A stretch of 64,000 nucleotides of DNA from positions 87,345 to 151,344 of the forward strand of contig CAVXCX010000020.1 in the NCBI GenBank assembly GCA_963760395.1, given 5' to 3'. Position numbers and translations under genes: made by a program. Each line of letters starts with the position of its first letter. Position 1 is the stretch's first letter. Under the pieces are notes generated by a model that had not been told where the DNA came from, ran no database searches, and worked only from the letters and a program-made list of their open reading frames with translations. Of this stretch, positions 11,080 through 20,161 are shown in pieces. Origin of the DNA: an uncultured Gammaproteobacteria bacterium (lineage in GTDB: Bacteria > Pseudomonadota > Gammaproteobacteria > Steroidobacterales > Woeseiaceae).

Positions 11080-12066
11080 CTAGTCTTGTAACCAGTCCAT
11101 GCGACCTCGCAGCTCAGTTCCGACTTTCTCAATTGGATGGTCTAGATCGGCTTGCATACGGCGCTTGAATTCCGGCATGCCGTTCTCATTTTCGGCAATC
11201 CAGTTCTTGGCAAATGTACCGTCCTGAATATCACCGAGTATGTCTTTCATTGCGGCACGCGAGGTACTGTCGACGACGCGGGGCCCGCTAATCATGTCGC
11301 CCCAGGCAGCTGTGTCGCTAATGAACTTGTGCATCTTCTTGAGTCCACCCTCGTGCAGCAGGTCCACGATGAGCTTAAGTTCATGCATGACCTCGTAATA
11401 GGCAACTTCCGGCTGGTAACCGGCTTCAACAAGCGTCTCGAAACCAGCAACAATCAATTCGGTCGCACCGCCGCAAAGCACGGCCTGCTCACCAAACAGA
11501 TCAGTCTCGGTCTCTTCAGCAAAGGTTGTCTCGATTACGCCGGCGCGTGCGCCGCCGATACCGGCCGCATAGGCCAGCGCTATATTAAGTGCGTCGCCGC
11601 TGGCGTCCTGATGCACGGCAACGAGGCAGGGGACTCCGTGACCCTCCTCATACTGCCGTCGGACCAGGCCGCCTGGCCCTTTCGGGGCGATCAGGCTGAC
11701 GTCCAGGTCGCTGCGTGGCTCAACCTGTTTGTAGTGAACCGCAAATCCATGCGCGAACATCAGGGTTGCGCCTTGCTCGATATCCTTCTCCAACGCCTCA
11801 TATAGTGCTTTCTGCACCATATCGGGCGTCAGAAACATCACGATTTTCGCACCTTTCACGGATTCGTTTGGTTCCATCACGGTGAGCCCGTCGGCTTTCG
11901 CTTTCGCCCAGCTGGCGCCGCTGCTTCTCAATCCCACTACGACGTTGAATCCACTATCTTTCAAGTTAAGTGCGTGCGCGCGTCCCTGGCTGCCATAGCC
12001 AAGGATGGTGATCTGACGATTCGCAAGACAAGTTTGGTCGACGTCTGCTTCCGAGTACATTTGCAT
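11080..12066 (-). CDS. ilvC: Ketol-acid reductoisomerase (class I)
   Basis: 328-aa ORF with [19 protein letters not shown] and HGFAVH motifs. A GAGGTA Shine-Dalgarno precedes the ATG. Confidence 0.92.
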   Translation of the reverse strand: MQMYSEADVDQTCLANRQITILGYGSQGRAHALNLKDSGFNVVVGLRSSGASWAKAKADGLTVMEPNESVKGAKIVMFLTPDMVQKALYEALEKDIEQGATLMFAHGFAVHYKQVEPRSDLDVSLIAPKGPGGLVRRQYEEGHGVPCLVAVHQDASGDALNIALAYAAGIGGARAGVIETTFAEETETDLFGEQAVLCGGATELIVAGFETLVEAGYQPEVAYYEVMHELKLIVDLLHEGGLKKMHKFISDTAAWGDMISGPRVVDSTSRAAMKDILGDIQDGTFAKNWIAENENGMPEFKRRMQADLDHPIEKVGTELRGRMDWLQD

Positions 12067-12096
12067 GTTGGTACCTCAGCCTGATGCAATTTTCAT

Positions 12097-12130
12097 AAAA
12101 AAAACCCCACAATCCATTTGGATGCGGGGT
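12097..12130 (-). terminator. Intrinsic terminator hairpin, likely the attenuator of the ilvC-leuABCD transcription unit
   Basis: The reverse strand reads ACCCCGC-ATCCAAATGGATT-GTGGGGT followed by T8. The T-tract ends 30 nt upstream of the ilvC ATG. Confidence 0.6.
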
Positions 12131-12156
12131 CTTCGTGTCCGTGTGCTGGATACGCG

Positions 12157-12240
12157 CTACCCGCGAAGCCTCCCAAGAAGGAGGTCAAGACCGAGTGCAA
12201 GGCGAATACCCTGCGGCGCGTGAATTGAATATCCAGTCAT
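12157..12240 (-). CDS. Candidate Leu-rich leader peptide (27 aa: MTGYSIHAPQGIRLALGLDLLLGRLRG)
   Basis: Hand-translated from the reverse strand. Seven of the last 14 residues are Leu, including the run CTC-CTT-CTT. Its stop lies inside a segment that can pair with the terminator arm. No clear Shine-Dalgarno is present, so this is tentative. Confidence 0.3.
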   Translation of the reverse strand: MTGYSIHAPQGIRLALGLDLLLGRLRG

Positions 12241-12818
12241 AGCGCCGAATCATGTTGTAAGGTCGCAATGATGTCAACCACTCTATAATCGGTTACGAGT
12301 GTTACTAAAGAAATTCAATTAATAAGTAATGCTAAGTCCATAATTTAAAAGGGTACGAACCGATCGAAGAGCGGCGCGCATCTGTTCGCTGAAGTTATAC
12401 GGGCCGGTCTTGCATTGCTGCAGGGGGAGGTATGGTCGGTGCTGCGAAACAGCCACCAATGTCCTCGCTGGCGGGTGAGGAAAAAAGAACGCCATCAACC
12501 TGTAACGTTATGTTGTTGATGGGCTGGTCATCTCGCAAGCATGTGTTATTCTTGCCCTCGAAGGTCGGGGGACCTTCTTATAAATACAGGAATAAATGGC
12601 GGGGAACCTGGCGGGATTTGTCAGGATTGCCAAAGACTAAAGAGAGAAAGTCAAATTCCATACGAACAACATCGCCGCGCGATGAAAGTGGAGAGAGTCG
12701 CGTGCGCAATAGGGGAAGTAATCTACGCCTCCGTTTTAATTTGTGCATGTATTCAGCGGATACGTTGCATCCCTCTCCGTAACTACTTACAACAACATAC
12801 GACCTTTAAGGAGCGTTC

Positions 12819-13601
12819 ATGAATCGGTGCATAAGCAGCAGTCGGCGCATTACCGCGGCGTTTTTCGGAACAATGGTAATCGCGCTCTCCGGCAGCGTTT
12901 TCGCCCAGACCGTCGATCAGATTTTGCAGGCTGATCAACGACGGCTGAACCTGGCCCAGCAGTCGCAGGAGCGAATTAACAAGATTGTCGAAGGTACTCG
13001 CTCCCTTGAGGACCAGTACCGGGCGATTAACAAGGAAATTGATGGCCTGAAGGTCTACAACCGTTTGATGAGTGCCCAGGTAGAAGGGCAGTCCGCCGTG
13101 TTGGAAGACATTTCGCTCTCGATGGATCAGGTTGACGTTATTAATCGCCAGATCTTCCCCCTGATGGAGCGCATGATCGATGGGCTCGAGCAGTCGGTTA
13201 AGCTCGATATACCGTTCCTCATGAAGGAACGAACGGAGCGCATCGCAAACCTCAAGGAAATCATGGAGCGCTCTGATGTCAGCGTCGCGGAGAAGTTCAG
13301 GAAAGTGATGGAGGCCTACCAGATCGAAAATGACTTTGGCACGACCATCGAGAACTACACCCAGACGATCGACAACTTCGAGGATGCGACACGCTCGTAC
13401 AACATGCTGCGCATCGGCCGAATTGGTCTTTACTTCCAGTCGGATGACACCAAGATCACCGGTCGTTGGAATAACGAGACTCGGGCCTGGGAGCGTGCCG
13501 ATTCCGCCCGTAATGAAGTTCGAAAAGGTTTGCGGGTTGCGAAACAGTTAGTTGCGCCGGAACTGATCATTGTTCCCGTTCCAGCTGCGGAGGCTAATTA
13601 A
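12819..13601 (+). CDS. DUF3450-type periplasmic coiled-coil protein (TtpB-like TonB2-system component)
   Basis: 260-aa ORF with a signal peptide and a coiled-coil sequence. AAGGAG lies 6 nt upstream. It is directly followed, with no gap, by the long MotA/TolQ/ExbB gene, as in TonB2 clusters. Confidence 0.7.
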   Translation: MNRCISSSRRITAAFFGTMVIALSGSVFAQTVDQILQADQRRLNLAQQSQERINKIVEGTRSLEDQYRAINKEIDGLKVYNRLMSAQVEGQSAVLEDISLSMDQVDVINRQIFPLMERMIDGLEQSVKLDIPFLMKERTERIANLKEIMERSDVSVAEKFRKVMEAYQIENDFGTTIENYTQTIDNFEDATRSYNMLRIGRIGLYFQSDDTKITGRWNNETRAWERADSARNEVRKGLRVAKQLVAPELIIVPVPAAEAN

Positions 13602-14966
13602 ATGAAACGTATTACACTCATTATTGCTACCGGGCTCTTGAGCCTGGGCATGATCGCCACCGCAAACGCTCAGAGCGAAGCTCGCAGCATGAGCGAGCTT
13701 CTGCAGCTCATCCAGCAGGGCCAGGCGCGCGATTCTCAGGAGAATCGCAAGCGTGAAGCCACGTTTGCACAGAACAAAAACCAGCAGCAGGCACTGCTTA
13801 ACCAGGCGCGCGCTGAGCGTACCCGCGCAGAGAACACCAGTGCGCAGCTCGAGCAGCAGTTCGAAGAAAACCAGCAGGCCATCATTACGGCACGCCAGGC
13901 TCTGGACGAGCGTCTCGGTGCACTGAAAGAGCTTTTCGGTGTTCTGCAGACTGTCTCAGGTGATGCGCAAGGTCGATTCAGTGCGTCGCTGACAAACATC
14001 GAATATCCGGATCGTTCGGACTTCCTGGTTGAGCTCGGCAGCAAAATGGCTGGCGCCAGCAGCCTTGCGTCAATCGAGGATATCGAGAAGCTGTGGGGCA
14101 TGTTGCAGCAGGAAGTCGTCGAGACGGGCAAGGTCACGCGCTTTAATCACCTCGTGACGAGAGCCGATGGCGAGCAGGAAGAAATGGAAGTTGTTCGCGT
14201 CGGTGCGTTCAACATCATTTCCGAACGCGGTTATCTGAAGTACGACTCGAGCGAGAAGAGCATCGCCGAGCTGCTTCGTCAGCCCGATGGACGCTACCTG
14301 GGTACAACGGGCGACCTGATGGACGCTGACGGTGGCTCGGTTGCTTTCGGCGTGGACGTAACCAAGGGCGGTATTCTGGGTCTGTTGGTTGAGTCGCCGA
14401 CTATTAAGGATCGCATTGAGCAGGGCGGCATCGTCGGTTACTGCATTATTGCACTCGGTATTATCGGTCTGATCATTGCGCTCCTGCGTTGGGTCGCTCT
14501 GACGAATGACAGCCGCAAGGTCACGGCGCAGCTGAAGCGTGACACGGCGAGCACGGATAACCCACTCGGTCGCGTACTCGCGGCGTATGAGAGCAACAAG
14601 GGTGCCGATACCGATACCATTGAACTGAAACTCAGCGAAGCGGCGCTCAAGGAGATGCCGGGGCTGACGAAGGGTCTCTTGTTTATCAAGGTCGTTTCTG
14701 CTGTTGCACCGCTCATGGGTCTGCTCGGTACGGTTACGGGTATGATCAAGACCTTCCAGGTGATAACACTTTACGGTGCGGGCGATCCGAAGATGATGGC
14801 CGGTGGTATCTCTCAGGCGTTGATGACAACGGTATTGGGCCTTGTTGTCGCGATCCCGATGGTGCTGCTGCATACGATCGTTAGCGGGCAGAGCCGCAAG
14901 ATCGTTAACATTCTTCAGTCTCAGAGCGCTGGTCTGGTTGCACAGCATTCCGAACGTAAAGGCTAA
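13602..14966 (+). CDS. Long MotA/TolQ/ExbB-family proton-channel protein (TtpC-like)
   Basis: 454-aa ORF with a signal peptide, a Gln-rich coiled-coil region and a C-terminal channel domain (PLMGLLGTVTGMIKTF). Confidence 0.8.
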   Translation: MKRITLIIATGLLSLGMIATANAQSEARSMSELLQLIQQGQARDSQENRKREATFAQNKNQQQALLNQARAERTRAENTSAQLEQQFEENQQAIITARQALDERLGALKELFGVLQTVSGDAQGRFSASLTNIEYPDRSDFLVELGSKMAGASSLASIEDIEKLWGMLQQEVVETGKVTRFNHLVTRADGEQEEMEVVRVGAFNIISERGYLKYDSSEKSIAELLRQPDGRYLGTTGDLMDADGGSVAFGVDVTKGGILGLLVESPTIKDRIEQGGIVGYCIIALGIIGLIIALLRWVALTNDSRKVTAQLKRDTASTDNPLGRVLAAYESNKGADTDTIELKLSEAALKEMPGLTKGLLFIKVVSAVAPLMGLLGTVTGMIKTFQVITLYGAGDPKMMAGGISQALMTTVLGLVVAIPMVLLHTIVSGQSRKIVNILQSQSAGLVAQHSERKG

Positions 14967-14983
14967 AGCCGAAAGGAGTCACT

Positions 14984-15511
14984 ATGCTTTGGATTGCTGA
15001 TGCTATCGAAGCAATTCGAGACTTCATGAGTCTGGGTGGCCCGGTACTTAAGGTCATCGCGATCACTATCTTTTTGATGTGGGTCGTGATCATCGAGCGG
15101 ATCATGTATTTCCGTACGTCGATGAACAAGATGTCTCGTGAGATCCACGACAACTGGGAATCCCGGTCGGAACGCATTTCGTGGAATGCACTGCAGATTC
15201 GCGAATTGATGATCTCGCGTTTCAGCGAGGCGACCAACAAGGGCATTAACCTGATTCAGACTTTGGTTGCATTGTGTCCGTTGCTGGGCCTTCTCGGCAC
15301 GGTGACGGGCATGATCAGCGTTTTCCAGGTTATGGCTGTTTCCGGTTCGGGAAATGTCAGGGCGATGGCCGCCGGTGTATCCCAGGCTACCGTTCCGACA
15401 ATGGCAGGGATGGTCGGGGCACTTTCCGGAGTGCTGCTTGTAACTCTTCTGACCCGCCGGGCGGCACGTGAAGTCGGCTTTCTTGAAGACTCGCTCACGA
15501 TGGACCACTAG
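14984..15511 (+). CDS. exbB: ExbB/TolQ-family proton channel
   Basis: 175-aa ORF with three predicted TM segments and CPLLGLLGTVTGMISVF. Confidence 0.85.
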   Translation: MLWIADAIEAIRDFMSLGGPVLKVIAITIFLMWVVIIERIMYFRTSMNKMSREIHDNWESRSERISWNALQIRELMISRFSEATNKGINLIQTLVALCPLLGLLGTVTGMISVFQVMAVSGSGNVRAMAAGVSQATVPTMAGMVGALSGVLLVTLLTRRAAREVGFLEDSLTMDH

Positions 15512-15522
15512 GGGTATTTGCT

Positions 15523-15939
15523 ATGAGTCGCCACCACCTCGATGATATTCACTTCGACGAGGAAGAGAATGAGATCAACCTGACGCCGATGCTCGACGTC
15601 GTGTTCATCATGCTCATCTTCTTCATCGTCACCGCCTCGTTTATCAAGGAATCGGGCATTGACGTGAATCGCCCGGATGCACCGGTTACTGAATCCAAGC
15701 CCGAAGATGCGAACATCCTCATAATGATCAGCGCCAACGATGAAATATTTATCGACCGGCGACTGATCGACCCGAGGGCTGTTCGCGCTAACATCGAAAG
15801 GCTGCACGCTGAGAACCCCAAGGGTTCGGTGGTCATTCAGGCCGATATGAAGTCGTCCAACAAGATGCTGGTTGAGGTTATGGATTCCTCACGAAGCGCC
15901 GGCGTTTACAGCATATCAATCGCGGACCGAGGTAATTAG
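15523..15939 (+). CDS. exbD: ExbD/TolR-family protein, copy 1
   Basis: 138-aa ORF with INLTPMLDVVFIMLIFFIV. Confidence 0.88.
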   Translation: MSRHHLDDIHFDEEENEINLTPMLDVVFIMLIFFIVTASFIKESGIDVNRPDAPVTESKPEDANILIMISANDEIFIDRRLIDPRAVRANIERLHAENPKGSVVIQADMKSSNKMLVEVMDSSRSAGVYSISIADRGN

Positions 15940-15975
15940 TCGGACATCACTCGCGTTCCAAACAGGACAATAGCT

Positions 15976-16383
15976 ATGCGAAAAAAACACGGCCTAGGAG
16001 TCGAAGAGGAAGAGAACGAGATCAACCTGACGCCAATGCTGGACGTTGTGTTCATCATGTTGATCTTCTTCATCGTTACGGCCACCTTCATCAAGGAAGC
16101 GGGTATCCAGGTCGAACGGCCGGATACGGTGACCGCTGATACCCAGGACGACGCATCAATTCTCATCGCCATTAGTGCGCTTGACGAAATCTGGATCGAT
16201 CGTAAGAAAAGGGATCCGCGTGCCGTGCGCAGCGTTATTGCGCAGCTGCATGCTGAAAATCCCAAGGGATCGATAGTCATCCAGGCAGACGAGGAATCGA
16301 CGCACGAGACGCTGGTCATTGTCATGGAAGCGGCTAAAGGCGCCGGAGTGACGAATGTCGCGATCGCCTCGGATGATGGTTAG
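15976..16383 (+). CDS. exbD: ExbD/TolR-family protein, copy 2 (tandem paralogue)
   Basis: 135-aa ORF. Its N-terminal half is almost identical to copy 1 (EEENEINLTPMLDVVFIMLIFFIVTA). Confidence 0.88.
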   Translation: MRKKHGLGVEEEENEINLTPMLDVVFIMLIFFIVTATFIKEAGIQVERPDTVTADTQDDASILIAISALDEIWIDRKKRDPRAVRSVIAQLHAENPKGSIVIQADEESTHETLVIVMEAAKGAGVTNVAIASDDG

Positions 16384-16469
16384 GAACCCAGCGTCAGAAC
16401 ACTTGTCTTAAACATGAGGATGCGCCTTTTGAATACCAGGACGCCGCGTCTTCCAAGGAGAACAGGACC

Positions 16470-17075
16470 ATGATAGGTCGTTATGTATTTTCGATTGTGA
16501 TTGGCACCATAGTCACCTTGAGTCTGCTGTTTGTGATGCAGTTACTCATCGTTACGGGTAAGACGGCGCTGACCGATCCACGTGAGCGTCATAAGCTGGA
16601 ATTCGTTCGTGTGAAGCGCAACGAGAATCTCAATGTCGCCGATCTGACACCTGAGAAGCCACCGAAGCCGCCCGAGACTCCTCCGGAAACGCCTCCTCAG
16701 GAGATGGATAATATTAATCCGGACGCGCCATCGATCAATGTCGCTCCCCCTACGGTCTCCGCAGACACAAATATCGGTGGTCCCGGCGGTATGAACATCG
16801 CGGAAGGTGATTATCTTCCAATCGTTCGAGTTGCGCCGGTTTATCCGGCCCGCGCTTTGTCCCGCGGTCTCGAAGGCTTCGTCGATTTGTCGTTTACGGT
16901 GACCTCGGCAGGCACGGTAAAGGACCCGATCGTGCTTCAGTCGAGCAGCAGCCTGTTTGAGCGCGCCGCGACGCGTGCGGTTTTGAAATTCAAATACAAA
17001 CCCAGAGTTGTCGACGGCGTGCCCGTCGAAGTGAAGGGCGTTAAGACACGAATTTCATTCCAGCTCGAGGAATAG
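16470..17075 (+). CDS. tonB: TonB energy transducer
   Basis: 201-aa ORF with an N-terminal TM segment, the Pro-rich spacer PEKPPKPPETPPETPPQE, and a TonB C-terminal domain (YPARALSRGLEGFVDLSF). Confidence 0.88.
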   Translation: MIGRYVFSIVIGTIVTLSLLFVMQLLIVTGKTALTDPRERHKLEFVRVKRNENLNVADLTPEKPPKPPETPPETPPQEMDNINPDAPSINVAPPTVSADTNIGGPGGMNIAEGDYLPIVRVAPVYPARALSRGLEGFVDLSFTVTSAGTVKDPIVLQSSSSLFERAATRAVLKFKYKPRVVDGVPVEVKGVKTRISFQLEE

Positions 17076-17126
17076 AACAGTTGAATGTGAGGGCGGGAAA
17101 AAGCCATCCAAGAGGATCTTCTTAAC

Positions 17127-18480
17127 ATGAAAATTAGTCATGAAATTTTTTCAAAGCTCTGCCTGACATTGATTGTGGGTGTCTTTGCGTTTGGCAACGC
17201 TGCGGCGCAGAAGGCGACGGATGAAGATCGCGACAAGCAAAAGACCAAGCAGGCGCAGGCGGTCAGCAAAGAGGTTTACGAAAAAATCCAGAAGGCGCAG
17301 GAGCTGGTAGATGCGAAAGAGTACAGGGCCGCATTGAAGTCACTGAACGCGTTGTATAACCCGGATAAGCTGACTGAGTATGAGCAGGCGAACGTACTAA
17401 ACTATCTTGGTTTCGTGTACTACAACATGGACGACACCAAGGGCGCTATTCGCATCTACGAGAAGATGCTGGCCATCCCATCGCTTGAACCACAGATGGC
17501 CAAACAAACGACTTTTACCATGGCGCAGTTGCTGACTATGGAAGAGGACTACGGCAGGGCGCTGCAAACGATAGACAAGTGGTTCATTCTGGAGACCAAT
17601 CCGGCACCCCAGCCGTTTATCCTGCGGGCGCAAATCCTTTATAACCTGAATCGCTTCAAAGAGATGGTTGAACCCATCGAGAATGCAATGCGTGTCGCAA
17701 AGGAACGGGAACTACCGGTAAAAGAAGACTGGTACGGCCTTCTGAATTTCGCGTATTTCCAGCAGGAAAACTACCAGATGGTCCGCGACATCCAGAAAAC
17801 CCTGTTAATGAACTGGCCGAAGGCGCGTTACTGGAAGTCTCTTGCCGGCGCCTACACTGAGCTCGGCGAGGATGAGAAACTCATCTATGCGTACGATGCC
17901 GCCCATACACAAGGAATGCTGGAGAAAGACACCGAGTTCGTGACGATGGCGCAGCTCTACCTGCAGGCCGAGGTTCCTTACAAGGCGGGCAAACTTCTGG
18001 AAGAGAAGATGGCCGCTGGTATCGTGCCCAAGACCGAGAAGAACTATCGCCTGTTGTCGCAAGCGTGGATGCTGGCAATGGAGGACGAGAAGTCCATTCC
18101 TGCTCTGCAAGCGGCTGCCAGGCTTGGCGACGCATGGAGAGTTGGACCAAAGACTCGCCAACGCTTACCTGAACGTCGGTAACTACGGTGAGTGCGTGAA
18201 ATCAGCGAACAATGCTATCCGCAAAGGTGGTCTCAAGAATCCCGACAATATGCAGATTTCCCTGGGTATGTGTCTTTACAACCAGCGCAAGTACTCTGCC
18301 GCCAAGGACGCATTCCGGGCGGCCTCAAAGACACCGCGATCACAGCGCACGTCGAGCCAGTGGATCACGGTTATCGACGCTGATGTCGAGCGCAATCGCC
18401 AGATTCGGCTCGCCGAGGAGGCTGCTCGCAAGAAGCGCCAGGAACTCGATGCCAAGAAAGCTGCAGCGCAGCGCGTCTAG
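17127..18480 (+). pseudogene. TPR-repeat protein of the TonB2 cluster (TtpD-like), split by a +1 frame change near 18131-18136
   Basis: The 17127..18182 ORF ends in an Arg-rich nonsense tail (DAWRVGPKTRQRLPERR). The TPR-like sequence continues in the next frame (GELDQRLANAYLNVGNY...) to 18480. This is a true pseudogene or a 1-nt sequencing error. Confidence 0.65.
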
Positions 18481-18521
18481 AGTTTCTCGACTGATACCAA
18501 GGTTTTTTCGTGTAATTAATG

Positions 18522-18549
18522 GGGCGTTGACCGGAAACGGTCAACGCCC
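18522..18549 (+). terminator. Hairpin terminator after the TonB2 cluster
   Basis: Perfect 11-bp stem GGCGTTGACCG-GAAA-CGGTCAACGCC. The U-tract is weak. Confidence 0.5.
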
Positions 18550-18585
18550 TTAAAATTGCGCGTCAAATTAGCAAGGACTGCAACA

Positions 18586-18906
18586 ATGCCAACGATCATC
18601 TATGTCACAACCGACGGACAGCGCCACGAAGTTGCGGTGGAGAACGGCTACTCCGTCATGGAAGGTGCAATCAATAACAACATAGAGGGTATTGTTGCCG
18701 AGTGTGGCGGTGCCTGTGCGTGTGCTACGTGCCATGCCTATATCGACGAGCAGATGCTGGACAAGCTGCCGGAAATGGATGACATGGAAGACAGCATGCT
18801 GGATGCAGCCTATGAGCGTAAGGCAAACAGCCGCCTGACCTGCCAGATTGAGGTGTCAGACGAACTCGACGGGCTTGTAGTCCAGGTTGGCGAGAACGAC
18901 TACTAG
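18586..18906 (+). CDS. 2Fe-2S ferredoxin (adrenodoxin/putidaredoxin type)
   Basis: 106 aa from ATG 18586 (MPTIIYVT...). Cys ligand pattern is CGGACACATCH...C. The ORF-track start at 18556 was judged too far upstream. Confidence 0.85.
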   Translation: MPTIIYVTTDGQRHEVAVENGYSVMEGAINNNIEGIVAECGGACACATCHAYIDEQMLDKLPEMDDMEDSMLDAAYERKANSRLTCQIEVSDELDGLVVQVGENDY

Positions 18907-20069
18907 CGCAGACCTGTTTCTGTGCGGCCGATCACCATTCTCTGGATTTCGCTGGTGCCTTCGTAGATCTCTGTGATTTTCGCGTCGCGGAAGTAGCGTT
19001 CAAGCGGAAGCTCCTTGCTGTAGCCCATACCGCCATGAATCTGTAGGGCCTGATGTGTGACGTACATAGCCGTCTCCGAGGCATACAGCTTGGCAATGCT
19101 TGAGTTCAGTGTATTGCGTGCGCCAGTTTTCTTCGCCAGTTGTTTCGACCAGGCCGCTCGCAATACCAGCAACCGTGAAGCGTCGATCCGCATTTTCATA
19201 TCGGCAATCTTGTGTTGAATGGCCTGAAAACTGCCGATCGCGGATCCGAACGCCTTGCGTTCACGCGAGTATTCGACGGCCGCTTCGTAGGCCGCTTGTG
19301 CGATGCCGACGGCCTGTGCCGCAACACCGACGCGACCGGCATCCAGCACGGTTAGTGCAATCTTGAAACCCTGGCCTTCGTCGCCGATCCGGTTCTCGGC
19401 CGGGCAGACATAGTCTTCGAATTCAATTTCGCAGGTTGCCGAAGCCCGTATTCCAAGCTTCGGCTCCGTCTTGCCCACGCGGAAGCCTGCTATTTCCGTA
19501 TCGATGACAAAGGCGCTGATTCCTTTCGATTCACCGTCACTGCCAACTGTCTGAGTGAAGACGATCATGTAGCGTGCGACCGGCCCGGATGTGATCCAGG
19601 CCTTCTTGCCGTTGAGCGTGTAGGTGCTGCCATCTGCCGACCGTTCTGCCTTTGTGCGCATCGTCGCGGCGTCCGAACCGGACTGCGGCTCGGTGAGGGC
19701 ATAGGCACCGTTTACTTCGCCCGATGCAACGGGACGCAGATAAGTCTGTTTTTGTGCTTCGGTGCCGAAGTCAACCAATGGCACACCGAACAAGGAGTTG
19801 TTCACCGATACGATCGTACCGTGTGAAGCATCTGCCGCCGAAATTTCTTCCATTACCAGCACATAGCAGATCGAATCGAGCTCAGAGCCGCCGTATTCGG
19901 TCGGCACCTCGACCCCCATAAAGCCAAGTTCCCCGGCTTGCCGAATGGTCTCGAGCGGAAACATGCCGCTGGCGTCGAATTCTGCGGCTACAGGGGCGAT
20001 TTCTTTTTGTGCGAATTCACGAGCAGCGTCCCGAATGAGTTCCTGCTCTTCCGTCAAAGCGAAGTCCAT
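18903..20069 (-). CDS. Acyl-CoA dehydrogenase (short/medium-chain type)
   Basis: 388-aa ORF with ACAD signatures (ALTEPQSGSDA, QIHGGMGY, IYEGTSEIQ). Confidence 0.9.
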   Translation of the reverse strand: MDFALTEEQELIRDAAREFAQKEIAPVAAEFDASGMFPLETIRQAGELGFMGVEVPTEYGGSELDSICYVLVMEEISAADASHGTIVSVNNSLFGVPLVDFGTEAQKQTYLRPVASGEVNGAYALTEPQSGSDAATMRTKAERSADGSTYTLNGKKAWITSGPVARYMIVFTQTVGSDGESKGISAFVIDTEIAGFRVGKTEPKLGIRASATCEIEFEDYVCPAENRIGDEGQGFKIALTVLDAGRVGVAAQAVGIAQAAYEAAVEYSRERKAFGSAIGSFQAIQHKIADMKMRIDASRLLVLRAAWSKQLAKKTGARNTLNSSIAKLYASETAMYVTHQALQIHGGMGYSKELPLERYFRDAKITEIYEGTSEIQRMVIGRTETGLR

Positions 20070-20161
20070 CGTGTTTCTCTTCCTGCTAGAATTGTTCCAA
20101 GGCGGGCGAAAATCATCACCGATTGCGCCCAGAATCTCAATACCTCAACAGGAGTAATTTA

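Noticed and set aside
12262-12345. Possible Fur boxes (GCAATGATGTCAACC and AATTCAATTAATAAGTAATGC) ahead of the TonB2 operon
   Set aside because: At best about 8 of 19 positions match the GATAATGATAATCATTATC consensus. That is not distinguishable from AT-rich background.
12595-12630. Cobalamin-riboswitch-like segment AATGGCGGGGAACCTGGCGGGATTTG upstream of the TonB cluster
   Set aside because: It resembles only the GGGAA-CC-GGTG part of the B12 element. No B12 box (GCCACTG-type) or the remaining conserved helices could be found downstream.
12432-12822. Two overlapping ORFs (116 and 93 aa) in the long intergenic region
   Set aside because: Their translations are implausible (Arg/Ser/Cys/Trp-rich, with no hydrophobic core pattern). 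They have no Shine-Dalgarno and lie in AT-rich sequence. The region was treated as non-coding.
14070-14948. 292-aa minus-strand ORF
   Set aside because: It is antisense to the TtpC-like MotA/ExbB gene and its composition is low-complexity and Arg-rich. This is a shadow ORF.
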